Part shown: in pieces, positions 1 to 10,595 of the stretch | Layout: each line of letters starts with the position of its first letter | Position numbering within the stretch: the stretch's first letter is position 1 | NCBI RefSeq assembly: GCF_004010195.1 | Contig: NC_057719.1 | Location: 41,465,752-41,501,016, forward strand | Length of the DNA stretch: 35,265 bases | DNA from: Chiloscyllium plagiosum | Taxonomy: Eukaryota | Direction: 5' to 3' | The notes under the pieces: generated by a model | What the model saw: only the letters and a program-made list of their open reading frames with translations | What the model was told of the DNA's origin: nothing | The model's database searches: none | Translations under genes and position numbers: made by a program

Positions 1-260
1 TTCTTTAGTCATCCAGCATTCCCCATACCTACCAGCCTTCCCTTTCACCCTGACAGGAATATACTTTCTCTGGATTCTTATTATCTCATTTCTGAAGGCT
101 TCCCATTTTCCAGCCGTCCCTTTACCTGCGAACATCTGCCTCCAATCAGCTTTCAAAAGTTCTTGCCTAATACCGTCAAAATTGGCCTTTCTCCAATTTA
201 GAACTTCAACTTTTAGATCTGGTCTATCCTTTTCCATCACTATTTTAAAACAAATAGAAG
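1..260 (-). mobile_element. CR1-clade LINE ORF2 internal fragment (linker after the endonuclease); runs off the window edge
   Basis: Manual minus-strand translation FKIVMEKDRPDLKVEVLNWRKANFDGIRQELLKADWRQMFAGKGTAGKWEAFRNEIIRIQRKYIPVRVK matches the CR1 'LNWRKANF...W..FK' pattern. Confidence 0.85.
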
Positions 261-1004
261 AGCTATTCAAATGATCCGTTATCTGGCCTATTCTGTGTCT
301 TCTACTTTCATACCATTTTCCCCTTTAACCATAAAGATGAACAGAGATTGAGATATGTTGATAAGCCACACAAAAGTTTCCTTCTTGTAGTAGGTTGCCA
401 ATCTTATTACACCTTGTATAATATAGCTTTCATAATTTTTCTATTTTCAAACGTACCATGACATCTTTGTTGCTGCAACATAATAACAACATTTGTTCAC
501 TTTCAAAAATACGTAACTTGTTCTGAACCTTCTACGAACTACTTTGAGTCATGAAGAGTATGCAGATTCCATGACAAATTGCTTAGCACATTTGAGGCCA
601 TTCTCTCCCAGCAAATATGTGCACACATTTTTCCATCATAGCCATTAAATATCGTCTCAAGGGTCTCGTCTAGAAACCGAGCTTTTCTCGCATTTCATTC
701 TGCCAATCTACACAAATCCAATGCACTCAGTGTTAGATTAATGATCACTTCCACATTTACACGCTTGTTATCTGCTTGAAAAGTCTTATCAGTTCATTAT
801 TCTGGCTACATTTTATTTGGCTGCTATTCTTTTTGTTCCTGCTAATGAAACCACATTCTCTGGAATAATCCATTTCGAAACAGGCACATTCATATTATTC
901 CATCAGAGGATCATAAATTCTAAACAAAAAGCAGACATTTCTCCTGTGTTTTTCTTCAATCAGGAAAATATAGCCCCTTAGCTGTAATAAAAGTAGAAAA
1001 TAAG

Positions 1005-1225
1005 GTACTGTATTTCATTAGCAAAGGGCAAGAGCACAAATCAAAAGCAGTTGTGTGGTTTCTGTGTAAGGCAGTGGCCAGGCCCCATCTGGAGAGTTGT
1101 ACACAGCGCTATTCATCTAATCATTAAAAAGGACATGTTGCTGTTTACAGCAACACAGATCATTGGGGTCATCAGAAACTGAAGTTCGCAGAAAAGCTTG
1201 AAGAAGTTGGGCTTTTTCTTTGCAG
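1005..1225 (+). mobile_element. Old, degenerate CR1 ORF2 C-terminal fragment; appears to resume at ~1620-1720 after a nested CR1
   Basis: Translates as FISKGQEHKSKAVVWFLCKAVARPHLESCTQR, a decayed form of 'LYKALVRPHLEYCVQFW'; SIEEFK and FFNQRV-like segments follow after 1620. Confidence 0.55.
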
Positions 1226-1620
1226 GACCAGATATCCTAAATTAATTGAGTTCCATTTGCCAGCATTTGCTTCATATCCCTCTAAACCATTCCTATTCAT
1301 ATAACCATCCAGCTGCCTTTCAAATATTGTAATTGTACCAGCCTCCACCACTTCCTCTGGCAGCTCATTCCATACACGCACCACCCCCTGTGTGAAAAAG
1401 TTGTTCCTTAGATCCCTTTTAAATTTTCCCACTCTCACCTTTAATCTATGCCCTTTGGTTCTGGATTCCCCAATCCCAGGAAAATGACCTTGGCTATTTA
1501 CCTATCCATACCCCTCATGATTTTATAAACATCTGTAAGGTCACCCCTCACCCTCCAACATTCCAGGGAAAACGGCCCGAGCCTATTCAATCTCTCCCTA
1601 AGCCTCAAATCCCTCCCCAA
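1226..1620 (-). mobile_element. CR1/HER1-like LINE 3' fragment
   Basis: ORF 1172-1438(-) contains FKRDLRNNFFTQGVVRVWNELPEEVVEAGTITIFERQLDGYM, the canonical CR1 ORF2 C-terminus. Confidence 0.9.
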
Positions 1621-1849
1621 CCTGATGTCTATTGAAGAGTTCAAATATTATGGGGAAGTGGAAAATAAAAACAATTAAAAAGGAAGTTGAACAGGAGTTT
1701 TTTTTAACCAAAGGGTGCTGTTGAGCAGCTTATAATTGAAGTAAATATTATTAATTCATTCAAGCAGTTTATAAGTCTGAGACAAAATGAGGTAGTGTAA
1801 GCAAGACTTCATTTCAACACACTTTGTTCTTACAAAGAGTGTGAAACAA

Positions 1850-2180
1850 TATGTTTGGAACTCAGGAGGAAGGAGAGAAAAGGAAGGACACAAAAAAAGA
1901 CCATAGAGATAGTGTAGTGAAGAAGGGTACCATTGTGTAAGGTTCAATTGGATAGATTGCTGAAGAGAGAGAAAACTGAGTACGTAGTGAGAAAGTGGGG
2001 AGATGGAGACAGTCTCTGAAAAAGGAAAAAATCTAGCTTTCCAAGAGGGGAGAGAGTTTCAAGCTGAATTCTAAATTTGTAAAAAATATTGGGTATCATG
2101 ACACGTTTTTTTCTTGAAATGTTGAAGTAATCTTTGAGGTTCAGCTTTATTGTCATGGGATCAGCAGACATCCATCTTAA
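1850..2180 (-). mobile_element. Possible highly decayed L2-like LINE fragment
   Basis: Purine-rich plus strand with motifs (GTGGGGAGATGGAGACAG, TCAGCAGACATCCAT) that resemble antisense L2; no clean translation. Confidence 0.3.
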
Positions 2181-2904
2181 AGAGTTCACCAGTTCGAGGC
2201 CTACTAATACTGGCTTGTGAAAAGCAGCTGCTGTGACAATGGTAGGTAGGTGTGTAAGAAAGATGATTGTGATCCTAGAGCAGATGCTGTTGGGGATGAC
2301 TCTAACCCCTCCCAGCCCTATGAAAAGATGCTACCTCGTTTGAGACTTTTCTATCTCACACTCATGAAACTGAAGTGGAAGGCAAGGTTCAGATTCCTTC
2401 CATTTTCATCTAGAATGGCAAAACAAATTCTAGAATTATCTGAAATAGATACTTTTTGCTCCTTTCAGGACAAACTGCACTGAGTTTAAACGGACAGAAG
2501 TCCCCTGGCTTCAGTTTAAAAATATTACTGCCCCATTAATACCGCATGATACAAGGTTAAATCAACCCAATGGTTTGTATTTCGTGATTTTTTTTTGATA
2601 TTTTAAACATTTTTCAAAGATTAAGTATTCTGTGAATATAGTTTATTTAAAATCACCCCAGAACATTGCCAACACTATGATAGAATACAGGAGTCAATTC
2701 TAATCCAGTGCGGATGTCAAGAGCTCTTGGACTGAATAGTTTGGGACTTTTAGGACTTCATTCATCTTATGCCCTGCCAGCTGCTTCCTGAAGATAAGTA
2801 GGAATTTTGAACCCATTCAGATAATAATGCAAATGATAACCAATTTCTACCATCCCCACCCTCCCATCATCCCTCCATATTTAGCACTATGCCTTTACAT
2901 TTTT

Positions 2905-3190
2905 GCTAGCCAGGGCCTGTCACGTTAAGGGGACATTAAACATCCCAGACCACTATTTCAAAGAAAGGGAATGTTCCATAGTTTGATGCGCAATACTTAT
3001 TCTTCAACAAGCCTGAATAAGATCATTTGGTATTCAGCTGTTTATTGGAATTGCAGCGTACAAATTGACTATTATATCCCTACATTATAATGAAAACGGC
3101 ACTTTGAAAATGCACCATGTGCTGTAAGCTCCTTGTGCCTTTCATTAGCATAACTTGTCTCAATAAATGTACATTTTTATTCTTTCTTCT
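2905..3190 (+). mobile_element. Degenerate Deu-domain SINE (SacSINE1/AmnSINE1-like) body and tail
   Basis: Ordered motifs GGACATTAAACATCCCAGACCACTATTTCAAAGAA...CAAATTGACT...CCTACATTATAA...GCTGTAAG...ATAAATGTA plus a T/C-rich tail follow the Deu-domain consensus as I recall it. Confidence 0.55.
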
Positions 3191-5764
3191 TTCTACTTGC
3201 CTTATGGAAAAGAGGAAACACTCATACCTGGATCTTTGTGTGATTTAGCCCACATAAAAAAGCATTTCATTATTAAAGTTCGCTTGATATGCTATTACAT
3301 TTCTAGGGATTGGACCATAAAACTGAACTCCTGATCTGAAAGAACAGTCACTTACTGAACATACAGCTGATTTGAGCCCCAGGAAATATTCAAGACAAAT
3401 CCGAAAGGATTTCAACATACATTAAATCCAGAATTCTAGAAATATATAACTGCTAATAGAAACAATAGAAACATTCATTACTGCTAAGCATTTATCTACT
3501 CAAGCTTGCAGTTCCACCCACCTTTCAACAATATAACATAGATTGGGACAAAACAGATTTGTATCACCCACTGGCCTGTTTAAGTCTTGAGCATGAAACA
3601 AAGTCCCTTAAAAGCTAATGAATATTTGAAGGATAAATTATAGAGCCCATAAGAAGGAACAGATCAATAGTAAATGACAATTTGACTGCATTTGACACTT
3701 TTAGTAGAAGATAAAACATCATAGGAGGAGTCAGTTTTAGGCATTTACCAGTTGTCCTAATGAGATGACTTCAAAATCATTTTAAATTATCAGCAGCACT
3801 TACGTCAACTGTTGTTAAAAATACTAAAATAATTTATTAATTAACTAAACTGACAGTTCAATTTATCAGATTATGTGGTATGAGATTTGTGTGTACTATG
3901 AATTAATAATTGGATCTTATCATTTTTTCCCGTTAAGGAGATTTGACTAGTTAAACAAGAAAGTTAAAATTGAGTAAAACCATGGCCTTTTAAACAATAA
4001 CCAAATGTACAGATTATTTTTGTAGAAATACCACGAGGATGACTTTGACTCCAGCAAACCATTGATCATGTTATAAAGATTAAAGACTTCTGTCGTGCTA
4101 ACTGCAAATGTGTTAAACAAATAGCATCTGGTGTCAGTCACCACACACGATGGTAACTAACATTTTACAATTGTCCTATTGTTCTACAACAAAGATGACA
4201 AGAATTTTAATTTTTAATATTAATAAATGACAAATACTTTCACTTCTATAGAGAGCAATCTGTTAATTTAAATATGTATAACATGGTCTAATCAAATCAA
4301 GTAGTCGCTAACAGAAAGATAGAATTAATTAGACAAAAATAAATGACAAGGCAGGCTTGGGGTAGGGCTTTGCAGACCAGTATATACTTTAGCTCAAAAC
4401 AGATACTAGTTAGATTGAACAAATTTTAAATTCATGGAAAGTAAAGGTAAAATATCAGAAGAAAAATTGCTCTTAAGAAATCGCAATTTAATAAGAAGGA
4501 TAACTAAAAGGGCAAATCCTTATAACCAACTTGTCATGGACTGTATTCCAGTAGTTACACTGAATAATATAGCAGATTCAATACCAAAATTAGGTAACTT
4601 GAACCTAATTGAACTCATTGGCTGCTGCCTCATCATTTAATCAGCTAAAGCTCTCATTTCAGTATTGAACTGATGGATCATTAGCTATAGCCTTATTACG
4701 CAAATCTACTGTTGTTTAATTCTTTACAGTCTGTGCATTTCGGGATGAGTAACAGCATGAGCCTGCCTGTTAAAGCCTCATTTCATTTTCATGCTATCAG
4801 TAATGATGCAATGATTCTTTGAATATATGACTATTAACCACTTACGGATTCCATTATGTCATCTGGAATCCTGTAACACTATATTGTTCTTACTGATGTA
4901 ATGACATGTCTCAGATTCCAGGCAAATGCCCTAAACGACAGTTATCCACCGACAAGATGTGGAACAACAATGAGAGACAAAGCAGTGAATGTTAATTGAA
5001 GTCTGAAAGATAAACAGTTATGATTTTTAATAAATACACCACCTTGTTACTGCACTGTTAATATAGAAACATATCACAAGCAATATGCTGAACCTTAATG
5101 GATGCCAACTCAAAGGAGGAGACGTAAGGAGGGAGTAGCAAAGGCATTCAAAGAGATGGATTTTAAGAAGAATCATAAAAGAAGAGTGATGGATAAAGTA
5201 GGTGGTCAGAGGGGAAGTTCTAGTGCATCAGTTGGGAAGCCAGTAATTGAAATTTCAAAGAAGCACATCATTTGTCCCATTGACAACTCATGGAATTTTC
5301 AAGTGTACAATTTGAAAGCTACCTAAATCTGCCATTTGTGCTTTGGGCCAGTACGACTACCTGCCCTTTTAGATACCACTTTAATATATCTCTGGGCTGT
5401 ATATCTCTTTACACTGTCCCCAAGGCTGCTTGCTTCTTATCTCTATGTAATGCTCTTCAATATCTTATATATTGTAACTCTACTTTATCTAAATTTGTAG
5501 TTAGTAGGTTTTCCAAAACAATTTTCTAGTGTGGTGTCTAAGACCTCTGTCTTCACATGTTCATTCTGGACTGGATTTCAGAGACATGAGATTAGTCACA
5601 TCATCATGATTTACAGGCATCTCATTATGCCACATCACCCGTAAGTTTCTCTCTCTCTCTACCTGGTTTACATTATTCTAACAGTTTCCTTTTACTTACT
5701 TACATTGCCTTTATAGTCATTAATGTCATTATGAACATCATCATTACAATTATCTCCATGATCT

Positions 5765-6086
5765 AGATTAGATTAGATTAGATTACTTACAGTGTGGAAA
5801 CAGGCCCTTCGGCCCAACAAGTCCACACCGACCCGCCGAAGTGCAACCCACCCATTCCCCCACATTTACCCCTTTTACCTAACACTACGGGCAATTTAAC
5901 ATGGCCAATTCACCTGACCTGCACATCTTTGGACTGTGGGAGGAAACCGGAGCACCCGGAGGAAACCCACGCGGACACGGGGAGAATGTGCAAACTCCAC
6001 ACAGTCAGTCGCCTGAGTCGGGAATTGAACCCGGGTCTCTGGCGCTGTGAGGCAGCAGTGCTAACCACTGTGCCGCCGTGCTGCCC
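5765..6086 (-). mobile_element. HE1/V-SINE-type tRNA-derived SINE, full length, CpG-rich (young)
   Basis: Minus strand: A box CGGCACAGTGG, B box GGTTCAATTCC, V-domain core TGTGGAGTTTGCACATTCTCCCCGTGTCCGCGTGGGTTTCCTCCGGGTGCTCCGGTTTCCTCCCAC, LINE-like tail GGGCCGAAGGGCCTGTTTCCACACTGT, then (TAATC)n. Homologous to 27645-27926 and 30385-30694. Confidence 0.95.
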
Positions 6087-6907
6087 ACTCCTCAAGATCC
6101 ATAATTCATAGATCAGATGACATCCTGTTAGATCATATAAATGCATTGCAAATGCTTAATTTGATTCTCCAAAACCCTGAAAGCACTGATAAAGTCTTAT
6201 TGTTCTATCACTGCATTTCTTTGGGGCTAAATGCTGAATGCTTTAATACCTACATGAAACTCTGAAGAACTTCCTTCTAAACTTTGCCTTTCCAGAATAT
6301 CATCAGCTATGAGACTTACAATGTGTAAAAATGCAATGGTTGATGGCACTGCTTCAAGTAAAATCCTGAAGTTGTTCTATGTTGCACTGAAACTGCTACT
6401 TTTTGTGCTCCCACTGGCCTTGTTAAGGGTCGTTTGCATCATTGAGTGGTTGAGGCGCTGGCAAGGTTTATTAGATTGTACTGATTGAGGTTTCCATCCT
6501 CACAGACTCTTTCTCTGAGTGAGTTCTTAGATTTTCCCTTTTTACTATAAGAGTTCCAATTCCATGTTTTAACTCTCCATGGGCATTGTCAGTTTGTCAC
6601 TAGGCTTTAAAGTCCTTTGAAGTTCTCCATTTGCTAGGGAAATTTGCCTGCTTTTTTTTCTCAGCTACACATTTTTGAAGTTATCCTTGGTCCTGTCTTA
6701 CTCTTGGAGTCTTCCTGTTTTAGTCATGTCTCTTGTGATCTGTTTTAACTTCAGATCCTGATTCTAGAGGGTTTTTATCCCCCAAGCTGGCAATATGCTT
6801 TACCAATCTAGAGTATCTCTGGCCTGTGTTATCTGGTCCTATATTGTCCTGAGGCTGCTATTTCTCATTAAGACTCTTCAATTACAATACTGTTACATTC
6901 CTTTATT

Positions 6908-7019
6908 TACCTCTGGACATAGCAGGTTCTCTCTTGGGCATGTCTGAAATCTATCTCTTCGCAGCCTCATTCTCGATTTCTCGCTTCCCAATGACAAAGT
7001 CATGTGCTGAGTTACATCA
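6908..7019. repeat. 112-bp direct repeat, copy 1
   Basis: TACCTCTGGACATAGCAGG...GCTGAGTTACATCA is identical to 7260-7371. Confidence 0.95.
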
Positions 7020-7099
7020 TCCTGAAATTCAACCAGATTTAAGTAACCTAACTAGCATTCCTTACAGGAATGTCCAAACATCGTTCATCTAGGTTAGGT

Positions 7100-7172
7100 G
7101 AGGATATCTGGTCTGCATAGATGAGTTAAACCAAAGGGTCTGTTTCTGTGCTGTACATTTCTATGACTCTAT
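7100..7172 (+). mobile_element. Short CR1/HER1-like 3' tail
   Basis: GATGAGTTAAACCAAAGGGTCTGTTTCTGTGCTGTACATTTCTATGACTCTAT is the typical CR1 3' end with a CTATGACTCTAT repeat. Confidence 0.75.
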
Positions 7173-7259
7173 TATAGGTGTTAAAATGGCTTTTTATGTG
7201 TCAGGTGTACATCATTAATTTTGAAAAAATGTTTGCTAACTTTTGCTTCTTTTCTTGTA

Positions 7260-7371
7260 TACCTCTGGACATAGCAGGTTCTCTCTTGGGCATGTCTGAA
7301 ATCTATCTCTTCGCAGCCTCATTCTCGATTTCTCGCTTCCCAATGACAAAGTCATGTGCTGAGTTACATCA
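7260..7371. repeat. 112-bp direct repeat, copy 2
   Basis: Identical to 6908-7019 and directly abuts a CR1 fragment. Confidence 0.95.
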
Positions 7372-7830
7372 GCCTTCCTCTGGCAGCTCATTCCACACAC
7401 ACACACCACCCTCTGCGTTAAAACGTTACCCCTTAGGTCTCTTTATAAAACTCTATAAGGTCAATGCTCAGTCTCTGATAAAACAGCCCCAGCCTGTTCA
7501 GCCTCTCCCTGTAGCTCAAATCCTCCAACCCTGGCAACATCCTTGTAAATCTTTTCTTAATCCTTTCGCATTTCACAACATCTTTCCCATAGGAGGGAGG
7601 CCAGAATTGCACACAATATTCCAAAAGTTTCCTAATCAATGTCCTGTACAGCCGCAACATGACCTTCCAATTCCTATACTCAATGCTCTGACCAATAAAC
7701 GAAAGCATACCAAACGCCTTCTTCACTATCCTATCTACCTGCGACTCCACTTTCAAGGAACTATAAACCTGCACTCCAAGGTCTCTTTGTTCAGCAATAC
7801 TCCCTAGGACTTTACCATCAAGTGTTTAAT
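7372..7830 (-). mobile_element. CR1 LINE ORF2 C-terminal fragment lacking its 3' tail
   Basis: ORF 7433-7774(-): QVDRIVKKAFGMLSFIGQSIEYRNWKVMLRLYRTLIRKLLEYCVQFWPPSYGKDVVKCERIKKRFTRMLPGLEDLSYRERLNRLGLF. Confidence 0.9.
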
Positions 7831-8059
7831 CGGAGAGAGCATGACACAATCTGAAAAATCATTATTGATGGATGTTGCCAGACATTAGATTTAAGACCCC
7901 TCATGACACATTCCCAATCCACTAAGGAGTGGGGCGCCCAATGTAAGTTAGTTCACCAGCTGTATGGTTACTTTCTCTCCTATGCTTGTGTGTTTGCCTA
8001 CTGGAATGAGATAGAGGCCAGTATTAAAGGAGATGAAAATGCGTGACACAAATGTTAAT

Positions 8060-8600
8060 GTCAGTGCAAGTGGGGAGATGTCACGAGAGATTGAGTAGGC
8101 AGCTCAGAGGGCATGCAGGATGAGTGATGTTGGAGTCTGGGATGAGTGAGAGTGGGAAGGTCTTGCACTCAGTAGTGAAAGTGGTAGAGCACGATACTTG
8201 GTGGGAGATGGGTGTGATAGCTGAGTTGGAAGGAGTGTGAGGTATCGTGATAAGATGGTGGCACATACCCTGGCAAAGCAGAGAAGGCCATTGATCACCT
8301 TCCTACAGTACTGTGCATTCCTCCGGATGGCTGAGAATGCATTGACCTGGTGGTACCCTCGGATCAAGCTGGCATGGTCTGTTGTTATGGCCTCCACTAC
8401 AGGTCTGGGTAAGAGTGTGTCTTGTATCTACACACTCCATCCATTAGGACTCTAGGCTATGCCCACAAAGCAGGACATTGATTTCTCCTTCGCTGCCATG
8501 ACTAGAGCAAATGTCAGGAACCCCACACAGGGCGGCTCTAGACTGACAGTGCTTGTCCAGGAATATGGGTGTACAGCTGTCTTTATTTAAAAATGGTGCT
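8060..8600 (-). pseudogene. Decayed Myb/SANT-like gene of a PIF/Harbinger-type DNA transposon, copy A (exon 1 plus CA-rich intron)
   Basis: ATG at 8499 (MAAKEKSMSCFVG); QVNAFSAIRRNAQYCRKVINGLLCFAR resembles the Myb/SANT helix 'VNA.S...R...QCRKK.NDL'. A donor AGG|GTATGTGCCACCATCTT lies at 8269/8268. Homologous to copies at ~20.7 kb and ~28.2 kb. Confidence 0.6.
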
Positions 8601-8644
8601 GGGGCCAGGGAGACCTGTCATTTCTGGGGTATCCAGGCAGTGGC

Positions 8645-8808
8645 AAATTGTTCTGAGAATTCCCTTCCTAAAGGTATTGAGGGACTACCAACAGCACATG
8701 GACTGCTGCAGTTCAAGAAAGCAGTTCACCACCACCTTCTCAATGGCAACTATGGATTGGCAATAAATATTGGCCAGCCAATGAGCTCATGTCCCATGAG
8801 TGAATTAA
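8645..8808 (+). mobile_element. 3' end of a CR1/L2-group LINE (same tail as 30326-30755)
   Basis: NSLPKGIEGLPTAHGLLQFKKAVHHHLL C-terminus plus GGCAATAAAT...CCCATGAGTGAATTAAA; aligns within the window to 30326-30384 plus 30699-30755. Confidence 0.8.
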
Positions 8809-8818
8809 ACATTGGCTG

Positions 8819-9028
8819 TCTTCCTGGTGGTAGAAATTGAATAAAGATTTGTGCACTTTGTGTCTTTCACTGTGTCTCACACCTGCACACACACACCATG
8901 GGTGCTGGGGATAAAATAAGCACTACCGCACTTAGGTGGTAGTGTGGGGAAAAAAAAAGGTGTGGGGGGGGGGGGGGTTAAAATAAAAAAAAAACAGGAG
9001 TGTCAACATGATAAAGATAAAAAAAAAT
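8819..9028 (+). mobile_element. Tx1-like retrotransposon 3' UTR unit 1 with a composite tail
   Basis: Matches the reverse complement of ~16060-16199 (AATAAA, (CA)n, CCATGGGTGCTGGG, hairpin at 8920-8945); flanked by TAAACATTGGCTG at 8806-8818 and 9029-9041. Confidence 0.85.
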
Positions 9029-9041
9029 TAAACATTGGCTG

Positions 9042-9181
9042 TCTTCCTGGTGGTGGAAAATGAATAAAGATTCGTGCACTTTGTGTCTTTCACTGTGTCT
9101 CACACCTACACACACCATGGGTGCTGGGGAAAAAATAAGCACTACCGCAGTTAGGCGGTAGTGTGGGGGTTAAAAAAAAAC
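9042..9181 (+). mobile_element. Tx1-like retrotransposon 3' UTR unit 2
   Basis: Same start as unit 1 (TCTTCCTGGTGG), hairpin at 9139-9164, A tail; flanked by TAAACATTGGCTG at 9029-9041 and 9182-9194. Confidence 0.85.
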
Positions 9182-9199
9182 TAAACATTGGCTGAAAAG

Positions 9200-9400
9200 A
9201 AGCATGGAATAATGGCTAATGGGTTTTTTTGGGCTGAGTTCCCCATGGGGTCATAACTGGTATCCTTGCTTTTTGTAAAATCTATTAGTAATCCACACCT
9301 TGATTAAGCAAGTCATTACAGGTTGCAGGATAGGTGGAGAGAGCTGTAAATAAAGCACATTGTATCCTACACTTTATGAATAGGGGCATAAAGTACAGGT
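9200..9400 (+). mobile_element. Degenerate CR1 RT fragments
   Basis: GAGTTCCCCATGGGGTCATAACTGGTATCCTTGCTTTTTG resembles 'GVPQGSVLGPLLF'; ORF segment RAVNKAHCILHFMNRGIKYR resembles 'VVKKAYGMLAFI.RGIEY'. Confidence 0.55.
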
Positions 9401-9570
9401 GCAAAGTCCCACCTGCCAGCACCCGGCCCATATCCCTGCAAACCCTTCCTATTCATATACCCATCCAGATGCCTTTTAAATGTTGCAACTGTACTAGCCT
9501 CCATCACTTCCTCTGACAGCTCATTCCAGACATGCACCACCCTCTACGTGAAAAGTTGTTCCTTAGGTTA
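9401..9570 (-). mobile_element. CR1/HER1-like 3' fragment
   Basis: Near-colinear with 1250-1412 (CATATCCCT...CCTATTCAT...CAGCTCATTCCA...GTGAAAAGTTGTTCCTTAG). Confidence 0.85.
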
Positions 9571-9910
9571 ATTTTCCCAGATGCACTCCAATGTCCAGCG
9601 ATACATGAATTCAAACATCAAAGACAGCAACTGTGCAGGTTCATTCCTCAGTCAGTTAGCTGTATAGGTTTCTTTCTCTCTCTCTCTCCTACACTGACCT
9701 CACCATGTGCTTCCTTTGCCTGTTCCCCTCCCTTTTAAAAGTGTCGTTGTTTAGACTTGTTTTTTTCTCCAAAGTTCCAAAAAAATGCAATAGCATATAA
9801 AGCAGTAATTGCTGCTCCTGGAATTCGAGGAAATCTCCCCCAACACATAAAATACCTCAAAAAAGGAGAGCTGTTACAGCCAGAAATTTTTCCCATCCTC
9901 CATCTTGGAT
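9571..9910 (-). mobile_element. Possible LINE 5' UTR segment fused to the CR1 3' fragment
   Basis: The minus strand begins TCCAAGATGGAGG, resembling the CAAGATGGCG starts of LINE internal promoters (the L1 here starts similarly); no protein evidence. Confidence 0.3.
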
Positions 9911-10099
9911 TTGATCTTCAACACTTGACAGATTGGGAGAAAGTATAGTTTCCAGAACAATCAGAAAGGCTGTCGAGGAGCTAGGCAGCTTTTGCTCCTG
10001 CATTGTTTGTGAGGTTGCAGCTTTCATATGGTCCACATGCTTGTTCAGGACTGTCGCCTCCTAGCCGAACGTTGTACATCACTGGACTTTGACTCTGTG

Positions 10100-10283
10100 T
10101 CGATCATGCCTTTTACCCATGCAGGGCCCTTCCCATGGCTCCCACACCACATTTTTGTTCATCAGACCCAATATTCCCTTATACAATGTGGTGTTGTGCT
10201 TTATTTTATAGTACATGTATGAAGCATTTTGGAATGTTCCATTTCATTAATGGTGGTACATAAATATTGAAGTTGTTGTTATC
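10100..10283 (+). mobile_element. L2-like LINE 3' end with (GTT)n tail
   Basis: GAAGCATTTTGGAATGTT...ACATAAATATTGAAGTTGTTGTT; loosely matches the reverse complement of 30970-31100. Confidence 0.55.
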
Positions 10284-10595
10284 TTTTTAGAAAATATTTT
10301 AATATTGAAAAAAACTTTCTTTACAAATTTATAAAATTACAAAAATATGAAAATGTAAAATTATAACAACAAAAACAACAATAAACCAACTATTGTACTA
10401 CTCTACAAAAGAACTCACAATTACACTCATTACACATCAATAAATAAATATGTAAATAAATAACGCCTCTCAGTGTAACAACACCTTACCTCTCAACCTT
10501 TGAAAGCATCAATTATTAAACCCACGTTTGCTAGAAATTCTTCTTTTCAGGACAGTAGGCTTATTAAACCAAACCACCACAACTAGACTAAAGCC

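Noticed and set aside
4026..4152. Possible plus-strand exon (TTTTTGTAG ... ATG|GTAACT)
   Set aside because: All three frames from that acceptor contain stops, and the peptide from a later acceptor is unrecognisable.
6015..6086. tRNA gene
   Set aside because: The A and B boxes belong to a SINE head followed by SINE body and tail; no complete cloverleaf is evident.
5750..6100. TSD around the HE1 SINE (CTCCATGATC vs CTCAAGATC)
   Set aside because: The similarity is too imperfect for an otherwise young-looking copy.
5794..6146. ORFs such as WPIHLTCTSLDCGRKPEHPEETHADTGRMCKLH (also at 30321-30738)
   Set aside because: These are translations of HE1 SINE sequence, a common source of spurious proteins.
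7178..7807. 209-aa ORF as a host gene
   Set aside because: It is a chance read-through of a duplicated segment and the antisense strand of a CR1 fragment.
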